Source: Camelus ferus (Eukaryota). Taken from it: DNA of 64,000 bases. Each line of letters begins with the position of its first letter. The first letter of the stretch is position 1. Of the stretch, positions 13,300-27,689 are shown piece by piece. Under the pieces are notes generated by a model, which saw only the letters and a list, made by a program, of their open reading frames with translations, was not told where the DNA came from and ran no database searches. The stretch spans positions 34,846,001-34,910,000 of the forward strand of contig NC_045697.1 in the NCBI RefSeq assembly GCF_009834535.1, in the 5' to 3' direction. Made by a program: the position numbers and the translations under genes.

Positions 13300-14205
13300 T
13301 GGGATATCATACATCTGTTGATGACACTCAAGTTTATATCTAACTTAGATCTCACAGCTGCCTCACGGTTCTGATCTTCAGTGGCCAACTTGATATCTTC
13401 TGTTGGCTATTTCACAGCAGTATCCAAATAAACATGGCCCCAAACCTCCCCAACCCCATCACTCTCCCAGGTTGCCACCCCTACCCACATTCACTGTCCC
13501 AGTCTCCTCAGTACATGGAATCCACTTTCTCTATCTCCACTGCCATCACTTATTCCTGGCCATCATCATTTCTCTCCTGGACAAAGCAACAACCTCTTAA
13601 CTGGTCTCTCTGCTTCCACTTTTGCTTTCCTCCAAACCACCTTCCACACAACAGCAAAACTTCTTTTCTTAAATGCAAATTGGGTCCTATCACTTAAGTG
13701 CTTAAGACTCTTCAGTAGCGCCCCATTGTAGGCAGAATAAGTCCTAACTCCTTACTTTGGCGGATAAATCCCTGAATAATCAGGCTCCTGCCTAAATTCT
13801 CACCTGGCATTCTTCCCGTCTCTGCAGTTATTCACATTTGTTCTTCTCTCAGTTTTCACATTTCCTAAGCTCTTCCCATCTCAAGGTTTTGGCACTTACT
13901 GTTTCTTCAATTTGTACCAACCTTCTGCCTTCTCATCTTTCACATTACAGCTTAAATATGCCTCTCCCAAAGTCACCTTATCCAGTCACATTGTGTAAGG
14001 CAGCCTCCATTAATGTTCTCTTCCTTCATCTCTTTTTTGTTTTCTTCACAGCACTTCTCCCATTTTGCGAATGCTGTGTGTTGCTATACCTTTATTTTAG
14101 GCTGCTTCTCTTATGAGAATTGAAACTCTATGAACTGTATGCTGTTTACTATTATAGCCCCAGCATCCAGCATAATACTTGGAATGGCTCAACAATTGAA
14201 TGAAA
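13300..14205 (+). mobile_element. L2 fragment
   Basis: ccatcatcatttctctcctgga; ctcttaactggtctctctgcttccac; 3' end ...ctcaacaattgaatgaa. Confidence 0.65.
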
Positions 14206-14477
14206 GTGCTTAGAAAACCACTTGATTATTTTGACCTATTGTTGAATTTTCAGAAAGAAACAGATTTTCTTGGCCGTATCAGTACTATTTTGATTACGTG
14301 TAGCGGAAGCCCATTTAAGCTTAAATAAAAGGGAGATTTATTATGTGGACACAGAGTTCTCTCAGGAAGCTAAAGGGCAAAGGTATAGATGTCTCTTAGG
14401 AAAGAATTTAGTGCAGGAACTGGAGTACTGTAGGGAACCCAGGGATTTCACCCTACTTCGAAGTTAACAAGTTCTCC

Positions 14478-14878
14478 TGCCAAGGTTTCATTCTAGCAGA
14501 AGAAACGAGATTCCTGAGTCAGAGACAAAGAGCAATGTATGATTCGTACGTATAGTAGTAGGCAGAGTATCAGCATTTGCACTGATTCCGAGCTCCAGTT
14601 CCCACAGGGCAACGTGAAGAGAGCCAGGTGGTGCTTACTCACCCAATGGGTTGTGTTACAGGTAAGAAACCTCAAGTTTGGGGAACCCAAATCTTTTATA
14701 ATGGGCAGTATGCATGCCTGGCCTTGGCCCTGGGGGGAAACTTTATCATATTGGATAGTAAACAAACCTTTGCTACACAGAGAGAGGCATTATCTTTATA
14801 GTCCAAGGCTGTTTGCTGTATAAACATCCTTGAAAAGATAATTGAGAACAAGCATGTCCAGTGCCTCACTGATAACAT
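14478..14878 (-). mobile_element. Old ERVL-type LTR fragment (MER54/MER74-like)
   Basis: ccaaggctgtttgctgtataaacatccttgaaaagata...cagtgcctc resembles this family as I recall it; minus-strand TATAAAA near 14695. Confidence 0.5.
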
Positions 14879-14880
14879 AT

Positions 14881-14948
14881 GGTGGGGGAAGGGGGAGGTG
14901 GGGGAATGGGAGGGGAGAGGGGAGAGGAGGCGGGGAGGTGGGGAGAGA
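14881..14948 (+). repeat. G-rich polypurine low-complexity tract
   Basis: ggtgggggaagggggaggtgggggaatgggaggggagaggggagaggaggcggggaggtgggg. Confidence 0.85.
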
Positions 14949-16716
14949 ATGAGCTAAGCAGAAAAAAACAACAGACATCCACCATATTTACATCTCTGGA
15001 GCACGGTAGCTTTTAGTATGGTTATGGGAATAAGTTAGCACTTTTTACAAATGAATTCAGGAAACATTTACTGATTTCTATCTTATAAAACCTTACCATT
15101 AGAACTTGTTTTTCTTTTTAAAAATGTTGGCATCTCTTCCTAAAAGGTATAGAATATTTTGAAAACAATGTTAATGTATGTTCACAACAGTTGGTATGGA
15201 GGAGAGCGATTTAAATTCCTGGCAATGATGTATTTGAAATAATTCTTTAAAAATAGTTTCTCTTAAAATTTTCTGTTTCTGTTTTTTTAACTGTAGACTG
15301 TGGCAGAGGGTCACATGGGGTATTGTTTTATGTTTTTCCTGCTTAAGGGAATCTGAACTATTTTGACTCCGTAGGGAAAAAACCAAAACTTGGAACATTT
15401 ATAGCTGTCTTTAAAATAAATTCAAGGCAGTACTAAGGGACTTAAATGCCCTCACTTAATTTCCCCATAATCATTTCAGATTTTTAAAATTACGTTTTTA
15501 CATGAATTTGAAATTAAGGTTACCCAGAATTCTGTGGATGAAGAAAGTCTTATAGTCTTAGGAAATAAACCAGTAGTCAAGGCTTACCGCTACCAGAGTA
15601 ACCTTATTCTATGATTTCTCTCCGATCAGTGATTATAGAATGACAGTTTGTAAACAAATCAATAATTTGTTTATTGTTTCTTTAGTTATACTTATCGATA
15701 CATTTGTCTTAGATGATGAAATCATAAAATATTGGACTTTAATCAGCTTAGTTCACTTTATAGGGAACTTAGCATAACAATTAAGTGCTTAAATACTCGC
15801 TTAATTAAGAAAATGGTCCACAAATCAATTATAGAACGAGGATTTTCAATCTTAGTGAAAGGCGAATATTTAGAAGCAACATTCCCTCTGACTCAGTGTT
15901 AGTACTTTTTTGTTGTCTATCTCTTAAATTTAAGAAAAGAAATTTCCTTTTCCCCTTGTTTCTCTCAATTTTAACCCAAGGAAAAGTAGAACCTACTTCA
16001 GCTATATTTAGCAGTAGAGTTATACTGTAATGGCAAATTTAAATTACACATTGTTTTTCGTGTAGTTAAAAGTGTTCTTAAGCTAGAGAAATATTTCAAT
16101 CAACAAAGATTCATTGGAAACTACATGCAGGACATGAAGCTTATTTAATAAGAACGAGAAAAGTGAAAGCAACATCGAAGACACAATTCATATTCTTTAA
16201 TGTGCTCACTCAGAACACAAAATACCATTAATCTGCCATCATTATTGTAAAATTTAGCTACTACTTAGAGAAGTGATTTTTAGTACGGTGCTATTTAAAA
16301 CATAGAACTTATTTGTAACTGGTGCATGGTGAGTACAGAAATTGAGATGAACCATTTAGAAACTTTTATGGCAGTTTGTGTAATTTTCTGCCATAAAAAA
16401 TTTAAGCTTTTAAATTCAAGAACCACTGCTCTAATGTACCAGAAATGCTTATACACAATCAGAATTGTAATATAAAAATCAAAGCCCCTAATGAGAGATC
16501 AAAAAGTTTAGTTTTGTTGTAAAGCAGCCTGGAAGAAAGAAGAAATTGTATAGGGTGGATGTTGCACTTTCGTAAGTAAACGTTTGGGGAAAAAAATTTA
16601 GGCTTTACTTTTATATATCTTTTTAAATTTTATTTTTCTAGGAATTCACTTTTTCAAAAGTCTAATTCTCCTACAGGTTGGAAATAAATAAAACTCATCC
16701 TTACCACAGTTAGTTT

Positions 16717-16847
16717 ATTTTTTTATTTTTTGTGGGTGGGTATAGATAATTAGGTTTATTTACTTTTTAGAGGAGTTACTGGGGGTTGAACCCAGGACCT
16801 TGTGCATACTAAGCATGTGCTCTACCACTTGAGCTATACCCTCGCTG
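16717..16847 (-). mobile_element. tRNA-derived SINE (Vic-1-like)
   Basis: A and B boxes on the minus strand; 13-bp TSD ccacagttagttt at 16704-16716 and 16848-16860. Confidence 0.88.
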
Positions 16848-17419
16848 CCACAGTTAGTTTTAGAAGCTCTATTTTAGTATAAAGCATTATAAAGTCACCT
16901 CATTACTATTACTCTTAAGTGGTTACTGAACACTCTAGCAGTCTGATAGGATTATAGGTTGTTTACTAAATATGCTAGATTACTAACTATTATGTATGTA
17001 TATAAAGCCCAAAATACTTGAGATACCTGATGAAGTTGATATGCTCACTGTTGCCTTCATGCCCATAATCTGGAAATACTACAGGACTGTGTTCACCTCT
17101 GTCCCCTCACCACTCTGCCCCCTCCCCCCCAGCCTCAGCCTGTTCTACCACAGTGGACTAATCTTAGTTAGCCTAATAATATGTGAGTCTAATATTATGT
17201 CACCCAAGAATCAGGAATTGAGACACTGAGAGACTGAGTGATTAGGTCACAGTGGCGCACAAACTGAAATGTCAACAGTTGTTACAACACCAAACAAAAG
17301 CCACATCTAAACTGATGTTATGAGGGGAATCCAGAAGCCGTGAGTAAGCAGAAATTTTGAGAGACAATAATGAGGAATGCAGCAACTGGCAAACGTGCAG
17401 GAAGCAGAGAAGAGAGGGC

Positions 17420-17998
17420 TCTTGTTAAAATGTAAATCAAGTCCCGCCACCCTCCTGCTCAAAATCCTCCCTTTTCTTCTCATTTTACTTAGAGTAAAAG
17501 CCAAAGTCTTCACAAGCACCCAGTAGGCTCTACAGAATCTTTCCTCCATCCCTCTGACTTCCATCTCCCACGACTCTCCCCCCTACTCGCTCTAGTTTAG
17601 CCCCATAAACGTTGTTCCTCCATGAAGCCAGGTACATTATTGCCTCAGGGCCTTTGCACTTGCTATTTTGTTGGTCTGCTCTTCCCAAGTTACCTGCTTG
17701 TCTTGCTCTCTCAACTCCTTCAGACCTTTGCTCAAATGTCATCTTCTCTGTAATGCTTTCCTTAAGCACTGTATTTAAAATTGCAATCCCACCCCTACTC
17801 ACACTCCTTATACTGCTTCTCTGATCCTCTTCCTTTACTTATGTGATTATTGTCCGTCACCCATCACTAAAATGTAAGCTCCATGAAGTCAGGTCTTTTT
17901 CCTCCACTTGATTCTTTGCTGTGTGCCCAATGCCTGGAACAATTCCTGGTGCATAATACATGCTCAATAAATATGTTAGATAAATAAATGAATGAATC
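17420..17998 (+). mobile_element. L2 3' end
   Basis: tgcctcagggcctttgcacttgct; aatgtaagctccatga; tgctcaataaatatgttagataaataaatgaatgaat. Confidence 0.85.
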
Positions 17999-18215
17999 GT
18001 TTAAGGAAATGGAGGACATTGCTTTGGTTTCTTACTTTGTAGTTCTACTCCTCAAGTGGCCTGGCCACACTGTATTAGCTATCATCGGGTGTTATAATGT
18101 GACTTTTTAATAGCTCCCCTTTTTCACTTTTTGATTTTTGGTTTTTTTAAGCATGTCAATATTTACATGGTTCCAAAGTCAAAACCATGTTACAAGAGAA
18201 ACTCAAGATAAATTC

Positions 18216-18686
18216 TGTTTCATCAATGAAAAATTCATCAGTCAACCTAAGAAATGAAAATTTTTATTCAAGCCAAATTGAGGATTAGAACCTGGGGAAC
18301 AGCCCCTTAGAAAGCTCTTAGAACTGTTCTACCCATTAGGAGTCAAAGCACAGTTACATAAATTTTTTGAGACAGAGGGCTGTACGTTAGATGACATATT
18401 ATTGACAGTTTACACAGTTCAGATCTGCAAGTACAAAGTGGTGGGTCACTGTGACCCCTTTACAAGGTCAAAAAGGAATGTTACCCTAAAGGAGTTGTCT
18501 TGTTGGTGCTAGGAGAATGTTGTTCTTTATGGCTGAGCAGGTATTTCTGCTTCTAGGAAGGTTTGGTGGATGCATAATGCAGATACACAATGCACAGCAG
18601 AGGGGAGAGGAGGCCAAAGGACAGAGACAATTCTTTCATGTTTAAATTTTTCTTGTCTTACCATAAAATATGAATTTTATTTCACA
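18216..18686 (-). mobile_element. Solo ERV LTR inserted in an old L1
   Basis: Ends in ...ttttatttcaCA; minus-strand AATAAA near 18263; interrupts L1-like sequence; imperfect TSD attc/attg, left boundary uncertain. Confidence 0.6.
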
Positions 18687-21344
18687 ATTGCAATGCCCTT
18701 CACTCTGTTTCTGCTCCCCATTAGGTAACCATTTTCTAACTGATTTTTGGTTTGATTTTTATTGATTCTTCCATTGTTTCTTCTTGCAAACATAAGCATG
18801 TATGTATATATTTTATATCCCTCCCTGCTGTTAACACTGAGCTCCATTCTGAAACAGTTATCATGGAGACATATGGAGATCCTTTTCTTTTTCACTGAGG
18901 CATCGTCCTCCATTATGTGACTGCTTCATGGTTTTCTCAACTAGTCCCATGTTGATAACATTTGGGTTGCTCTCAGTCTTTTGCTGTTACAAATCATGGC
19001 ATAATAAATAGTAAATTGCCTTGTGCATATTTCTGTTCATATTTTTTTCCAGCTTACTTTTGGTATAGATTCTCAGAAATGAGATGAGTAGATATCCTCC
19101 TTTTTAAATTGAGATAATTCAAGTGGTTTTCTGTTCATTACAATCAACAAGTCGAGATTAAGACAGCTACCTATCCCTGAAGGCCCATGTGAAATCACAC
19201 TTCTTCTGAGAAAACTCTTACTATCTCAGGCAGAAGGAATCTACTTCTATTCCTCTAATACTCTCTCAAAAAAAGAAAAAGAAAAAGAAAAAAATCAGAA
19301 AACAAGCATGAAAAAGCCCTTCTGTTCTCTCTTGTCCATATAGCTCACTTGGCACTTTTCACAAGGTTCTTTGTATAGTTATCCTCATTCATTTCATCTC
19401 CTCAATTGGACACTAAGCATCTGCAGAGCGAGGACCACAGTCCTTATGACCTTTATGGTCTCTGGCCCTTAACAGTGTACCTTGAATTAGTTAACAGTGA
19501 TCGAATGCATATATAGAGAGAGTATATAATCCAGCATACAACAGTGCCCCATATAAAACTCCATTTAGAGTTATGCCACCAGAATAAATCCCATATGAAC
19601 TGAAGAGCTGAATGTAAAAATTCTAAGAAACTATAAGAAAACAAGAAATGATAGTTATCATTTGTTTGGAGGTCAGGAAAGGACTATCTGAACTTTGTGG
19701 CTTCAAGCTAGGCTTACCCAAGACAAATGAATCTGGAGTCCTTTAGCACATCATTTGGATCTTCCAATAGCTTCTGCCCATTTTCTCTGCTCATGGTCCC
19801 AATCCTGGCTGGTTCACTGCTGGGCTGACCCTTCAAAGGACGACTGAATGTTCTGGCCAAATCTAAGGTTCCAGTGCCAAGCCCATTGCTACAGTCATGT
19901 GCAAGATCTGGCAACTGAATTATCGCAGTCAGGGAGCACATCAGCTTCTGTGGGAGGTGGTGTCCTTTATTAGCCTTTCGACTAACTGTAGGAGGAGTTG
20001 TTTTTTTCTGCTTGGACTCTAACAGGCTACGCCTGCTCTTGGAGGGGACCTTGTGCAACATTATGATGTAGCTCTCAATGCGTCTGAGGCAGGGAGTAGA
20101 AAAACATCTCCTTTATCCTGCCTGTTCAAGAGGTTGGATAAGTTCATTATCTTCTACGCAACCTGCAATCTCATCTTTGAAAGCAGTACACACTCCCTTG
20201 CTATCCCATTGTATACATACCTTCTACCTGCCAGGATCATCACGGTCAACACCATGATCTGTCTAGCTGCCAGTGTACAACAGAATTTTGGTGATTTTCT
20301 CATAAGCTGTTTACAAAGATACCACATCATAATTTGGATCCAATGTTCAAGGACCCAGAGGATGCTTAAACATAACTGCTAACTGACAGCTGTGCATGAC
20401 TGAAGGTTGCCTAAATACCTAGCTACACCTTCTGATCAACTGATGGGGGCTGCAAAACCAGGCAATAGCAAAAGCTCAAATAATTTGGGAGAATGGTGAT
20501 GATAGAAAAGAGAAAGCGAGTCTTCCAATAATGCTAGAGTAGACAGACAGAGCAGCTCGGTTTGAACTGAGAGCCACCTCTTCGTGTGCAGGTGCCCTGT
20601 CTGAGGTAAATCATGCCCAGTGACAACAGGGGAATCACCTGTGCCGTGCCCTACCGTTCATCTCTTCCCTGCCCAACACTCTACCCTCATCTACTGTGGA
20701 GACCACTGCTCCTTGTTCTTGTCTGTTTCCCTGGCTCTATGCTTTGTCTTTTGATATCTGCTTTTGTCTCTCTTATTTCAAGACCCATTCAAATTTTCTT
20801 TCTCTCATGTATGGGCCTAGCGCTCTTACTATTAAATTCTGGCTCTTACATCTTCAAGCTTTGTTGATTTTGGTGGTAGTGCTACTGCCGTAGAGACTCC
20901 CTCTGCTGACTTCTTCTCCATCAAACTACAGGCTGGACTAGTCTACCAGGCTTTCTGGTAAGAAGCTCAGATGATGAAGCTTCATCTTAGCAAACTGCTG
21001 ACTGAGGGCGGGAGGCGGGGTGTGTTTCAGGACTCCTCCACCCACCTCTCAAGTGTCTGGAATACTGTCTGAGTAAATGGTCTACCAGGAAGCCTTTTGA
21101 GCAAGAGAGAGAGGAACTTTCTCTCTCCTTAAGGAATAGATTGTTTCAATGTGTCAAGTCCCAGAGGTGCTGAAACTTCAAAACTGGCAAACTTGCTCTT
21201 CAAACAAGAGGATTGAGTATTTGGGTGTCATAAAAGTAGTAACCCTCCCTCCCAACCCCACCCCAGATGGCAGCTGACCGAGGTGTCAATATTCTTGTAA
21301 GGAAAACAATGGAGAACTCGTCTTGGTCATGAACTATTGGAGAT

Positions 21345-21550
21345 TATGAGTGCAGATTCTGAAGTCAGACCACCTTGGTTCAAAATGAACTTTGTTACTT
21401 CCTGGTTAATTCTTTAACATTTCTGTCTCAGTAGCCTCATTTATAAAATGAAGATGGTGATACTAATAGCTGTTACCTCAAAGGACAATTGTGAGTTTCA
21501 AATGAGTTATTACATATCATAAACATAGTCAATAATTGTTAGCTACTCTT
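21345..21550 (+). mobile_element. MIR
   Basis: agattctgaagtcagac; tctgtctcagtagcctcatttataaaatgaagat. Confidence 0.7.
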
Positions 21551-23395
21551 ATTATTGGGCCAATTCAGAAAGACCTAGATATTTACAGAATTACACTTCC
21601 ACAAAGATGATGAATAAGAAAGTCACTTTCTAGATGTGCTCGGGCAGTTTGAATAGTTTATGACGTCTTTCAGTCCGTGTAATATTCCAGACATACCCCA
21701 AAGACTCAGGAATGGAATTCACTACAACTTCTTAGATAGAAGAGTAACTATATAAATATCTCAAGGACAGCTTAATTTATTTTAGCCTAATACAACCGTC
21801 TATTCATAGTCTATTATCTCTCTGGCATCTCTAGATCAATACTCAGAATAATAAATTTTAAATCCTAGATCAGATTAGTGGGACTTGTCATATCAACTTG
21901 GAGATTTGGATAATTCTTAGTAAGTTTTCTCCTATCCTTGAATGATAGGTTCTCTTGAACATCATAGATATTCAGAAGTGGTTCATACTCTACATTTCCA
22001 ACTTCACTGTCCTGCTGATATACTACTTAAAGAAAGGAGGAAATAATAAATGTTATATAACAATCATATCATCCCCCTTGCTACCACAAAAAGGGTGGTA
22101 GATAAGGCCTTGTTTCATCTGGGGCTAAGACAGCAGCCTGCTAAAAGTTTAAGAACCTGTTCACCTTTGCCCTGAAAGGGTCATGGACCTTCCCATCTTC
22201 ACATCAATATGATACATGCCCCCAACAGTGTGATAGGGGGCTGCCCTCTGGCCAGAGGACCTTAAGGAAGTGATGCCTACCATTATGACAGCTTTTGAAG
22301 CAACCCATAATGGTAAGATCTGATCAATGCTGACTGGAGAAATTCTAGATCCAAACCCTGGCCCCTCTTCTTTTTGCCTCCAAGATTCTAATTCTGAATC
22401 TCTTATACACATAGCCTTGAAAGTTCCTGGGTTTCCTTCTTAAAGCTGCAAGTGCCAAGATAGTGGAGAAGAGGCCCCTTGATATCGAGACCAGAGGTGG
22501 GTAGATCTTGGTGGAGAACGCTGGTGAGGAATAGATGAGAGAAAACAAGCAGGAAATGACTAGCCCAGCATGTGCCTCTGAAGATAAATTGGTTTTACTG
22601 GATAGTAAAGGTTTCTTCAAAGAATTTGAAGGTTTTTTTGTTTGGTTGGTTTTTAAAAAATGCAAATATTGCTGTAAGTGTCTTGCAATTTCTAAACTCC
22701 ACTTGGGCACGTGCTCACACACACACATACATCTTGGTTTAGGATTTTAGGACTGCTAAATACCTTTAAGCCATTGAGTAATTGTTTTTCACTTAAATAC
22801 TTTTAGTGGTTTGTAATATTTTCCACTTTGTCAGGAATATCGCCAAGAGCTAACATGCAAGTAGGAGCAAGTTATGGAAAGGGCCACACCTGCTTAGAAC
22901 AGAAGCAACTCCTTCAGCTGGGAGCAAAGCGAACTTATTATACAGGACAACACCTGAAAAGCTAGTTGGGCTAACTGTGATGCATACTACAGACACCTCC
23001 CAGCTTTAGTCCTTGTATCTACATAAGAGTCACTTTTACAGTGACTTTTAAAAAACATGCTCTAATACTTCTGAGTCACCAGAGGAAACTGTATCGTAGT
23101 TAACCAGAAAGACAAGGATAGGTTTAGGATAGAATGGAAATATTTTTATCATCATAGTTCTCAGTAAGAACCTAAGACTTTCTCTCCTCAGTAATTGTTA
23201 GGCACTCAGGACGTGGAGAATGATCTCGTTTTGAGGAGGACTTATGTAGTGTGACATGTTGCTCTTTTGAAAGAGGAAAATATAAATAAGAAAAATCAAC
23301 CAATCAACAGTATTAGGAATTTCCACTTTAATGATTTGAGACTTAACAAACACGTTTATCTGAAATTTTCTGTTAGGAGACTTCACTTGACCTAA

Positions 23396-24100
23396 ATCCA
23401 TCCATTCATTCAATATTTATTGAACACCTATCATCTAGTAGGCACTGTTCCTGGCATTGGAGATACAGCAGTGAATCCTGTTTACACACAGTTCACATTC
23501 TACAGGGGAGAGACAGGCAGTAAGCAAAGGAAGAAATAGATGATGTGTCTGAGGAAAAATGAAACAGGTTAAGAGGATGGGGGATGACAGGGATGCTCTT
23601 TTATGAGGTCATCATAATGAGATTAGTGAACTTAGGGTGGTGATATTTGAGCTGAGACCTGAATGAAGGGAGAAGGCTAGTCATGAGACAATGTGGAGGA
23701 AGAATAGATCCCAGAGGGAACAGCAAGTGTGAAGTTCCTAAAGTGTGAACATCCGAAAGGCCAGTGTGGCTGGAGCAGAGTAATGGAGGGGAATCGTGGT
23801 ATTTAATGGGATACCTGCAGAAGTTTCTCAGTATCCAGTCTTACAGACCAAGGAAAGGACTTGGGATTTCAAGTATGTTGGGAAACAAGTGGAGGATTCC
23901 TAGCAAAGGAGCGACCTGATCTGAGTTATACAAAGATCATCTAGTTGCTGTGCACATCGCAGATTGTAAACAGCAAATTGGAACAGCTCATTAAGAGAGT
24001 ACCATGGTAAGCTAGATAAGGACAGATGGCAACTTGAACTAGAGTTGTACCAATGGAGGTGCTAGAACCATTCAGATATATTTTGAATAGAGCCAGCATG
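23396..24100 (-). mobile_element. L2 3' end
   Basis: cattcattcaatatttattgaacaccta...ggcactgttcctggcattggagatacagcagtga; tttgagctgagacctgaatga. Confidence 0.85.
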
Positions 24101-26067
24101 ATCTGTGTAAGGTTCAGAGATTAAGGTCCAGTACCGCATTTGTGGTATAGCTGGAATCTGCCATCCTGCCTTCTAATTCCCCATTCATTTCTCCACATTA
24201 TATCAGCCTCTCCTTGCCCCATGAAATACTAGCATTTAACTTCATAATGTCATATGAACTACTTTTTCAAGGAATATATTTAAAGTAAATGTTCTTGTTA
24301 CAGAACCTGGCTTGTTGGAATCTATTTCACAAAACATTAAATGCAAGTGAAAAGTGCTATATGTGAAGCAGTCATGATGTTTAACCCTCTGGTGACTAGT
24401 TCAGATGTGTCAGAGACAGCAATGATATTTAGATGTGAATTATATAGATAATACATATTACTTCACAATTATTGTCTGTTAACAGACATCTTTTGACTAG
24501 GAAAGGGAAAATACTTCATAGTTAGTCAGCAAACTTTGGAAATACTCAATGCTTTTTTTTAGCCATGAACAAACATCTGGTCCTTGACTAATAAGAATTT
24601 ACATTCTTCATAACTTTCAACAAACCAGATATTGAATGTCCACTGTGTCAGATACTATACTAGACATGGAAAACAAAAATGAATGGTCTCTTTTCATCAA
24701 GCATACAGACAACAAACGAAAAAGACTTAGAAAAAGAAGCAGATTTTTTACAAGTGCAAACACCTGTTGAAAATGAGGGATCAGGTGATGCTAAACAGAA
24801 ACAATTAGATCTTTGTGGAATTGTCAGAAAAAGGTTTCCTGGATGGGTGAGCATGGGTTTTAAGAAAAGGAGTCGAATTTGGCAGGTAGAATATCTAGGC
24901 AGGGAAAATACAGCGCAGAAAGGCTCAAGGGTAGAAACAAACCACGTTATATGAGTGCCCACCCAGGTGTAATAGGACTGGATCATTATTAGCTAAGGGT
25001 GGAGGAGGCAATTAGAGGAAAACTGCAGATACAAGCCAAATAGTTCACAATTGACATCTGAAGAGCAGTAAATGTGATCACAACAAAGAATTTAGGTGTT
25101 TTGTTTTGTTTTGCTGTCAGTAGTACGAATTATAAACAGGTGCCACCGAAGGCAGATTTTTTTTTTTTACATTCATACATCTCCCAGCATTCATCAGTAT
25201 TTGTCAAAGTTTATTAAAGTACTTTCAGTATATAACTTTTTAAAAATTCAACACACTATGAAGTTTTTCAGAAGAAAAACGAGCCAAAGAGCAGATTATG
25301 CATTAACAAAGATGAGAGAGGAATGGGTTTCTATCTCCCGCTTCCATGCCATTGTGCAGTAAACTTTAAATCGGGAAAGTTTTTCTAATAAACGAGATGA
25401 CGCCTTTAAAGTGCTTAGCACAGTGTCTGGTCCGTAGTAAGCACTCAACAATTTATGGTTATTATTTTGACCTTAGACCTCTCTTAACCATTTGGGATTC
25501 TGTTTTCTCATTTTCAGAGGAAGAAACGGGTCACAGATGGTCTGAGGCTCCTGCCAGCCCTGACAATCTCCTATTTCAAGGAGGCATCGAATAAATATTT
25601 GCTGAACAGACACAGTAAACGGGGCCCTGTTGAGCGCCCCATCCGAGAACCAGCCGGGAGTGTCGACAGGATCGGGGGGTGGGGGTGGGCCCATAAGCGA
25701 GTGTTTGGAGGTGGAGATAAAACTACAACGCCCCCCCTCATCCAAGGCCAACAGGCCGGGTTGAGGAAAATCTCTGTTGGCGATCTTAGCCCCACCCGCC
25801 GCCAAGTCCACACTCCCCTCGGGCCCCGCCTGCGGCGGGAATCGCTCTTCCCAGACAGCGGGCAGTGCCCGCCCCTGCCGACGCCTTGGGCACGCCCCTT
25901 CCGGCTCAACTCCCGCCCACCCGCCCCGCCCAGCGGCCTCGCCCAAGGCCCCGCCCCTCCGCGAGGCAGGCGCCTGGCCCTCTCAGCGCTAGCTCGCGGC
26001 CGCGTCCGCCCCCGACGCTCTGAGGTCACCGACGGGGCCGGGCTGAGGGGGGCGGAGGGACGGAGGG

Positions 26068-26079
26068 AAGATGGCGGCC
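26068..26079 (+). promoter_or_regulatory. YY1-type motif AAGATGGCGGCC
   Basis: Matches the YY1 consensus AAnATGGCGGC, which typically lies just downstream of CpG-island TSSs. Confidence 0.6.
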
Positions 26080-26230
26080 GAGGCCGGATATTGGCACCGC
26101 CTCCCCCAATCCTGGAGCCGGCGCAGATGAGGCGGCTCGGCTGGGGCCAGCGGCGCTTCGGAACCGGAGCAGGTGGGACCCTGGCGGTGGGGCTTGGCCC
26201 TGCTGTATGCCGGCGCCTCGGCTAGAGTGA

Positions 26231-26704
<474 letters not shown>

Positions 26705-27689
26705 TGAGCGCGGGGCTCTGGGCCGGGGCTGGGCGGGGACGGGCCTGGGGGCGGAGAGCGTCTTTCGAGGGTCCCCTGGTAAGACACCTGGCTTTGTGTG
26801 GCCGGATCCGCTCTCTGACGGGGACTCGTGGTTTTCTTGCTGTGCCTGTGGAAAGGTCAGCTAGAGTTGGCGGCTCCAGGCTAGCGAGAGGAACAGGGTT
26901 TGTAGCTAGTTCTTCTCTGGGCTGGGGGCCCTCTGGACTTTGGACCCCGTTGGGGTCTTTGGGCTGGTACAGCGTAGGAAGAGCTGCTCGCCGTGGGAGG
27001 AGTCGGAGATGGAAAACTGCTTTGTGTGAAATTCTGGCTTTCGGATGGTGGCCTGGGCATTTTGGATTTGGGGGAGGGGTCTGCTTGATGAGGTATCACC
27101 TGGTCGGGGAGCAGACCAGAGTGGTCTTAAGTCTGTGCAGTGGTCAGTGTTTTGGGCCAGTGGGAGATGGGTACGTTTCTGTCCGCGATGGGGAGACCAT
27201 GTGAATCAGCACTCCCTCTCGGGTAGTGGGGTAAAGCTTGCTTTGTGTGAAGAGGGCAGAGGATGGTGCTGCTTTGTGTACAGTCAAAGGTGGAACAAGA
27301 GCCCTGGCTCTCCTTTTTTAAACACGAATTGGGTCTGCCGTTTTTCGGAGCTGAGAAGTGACAGTTATCCTTTCAGTTCTGTATCATCCTAGGGGCAGAG
27401 AGCCCTATTTAAAAACCTAAACCGAACTGTATTGTCATAAGTCACTTCTTGATAAAGTTGTGATCCACACCATATCACTTCCATATATAGAAAGGACAAG
27501 GGAGGCAGTTTCCCTCATGGTTTATTATAACAGCAGAAAGATGTCAATTGGAAATTCTTAACTTATCCTTTTTTAAAAGTTTTAATTTTTAGCTGAGATA
27601 CCTCTGCTCTTTGTTGACACTGAAACTTCTAACTTAGTGAAATTGAAATCCTTCATGGACTATGGTATTGCAGGGCTACAACTTTACAG

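Noticed and set aside
20140..20375. Resemblance of the minus-strand frame to eIF4E (KHPL...FKDxIxxxxED)
   Set aside because: Only two short motifs match, the spacing differs, and the intervening sequence lacks the eIF4E tryptophans. Probably coincidence.
25721..25735. aactacaacgcccc as a ZNF143/SBS-type motif; weaker CTCF-like matches at about 8243 and 21260
   Set aside because: Imperfect matches that are common by chance in GC-rich or LTR sequence; cannot be supported without data.
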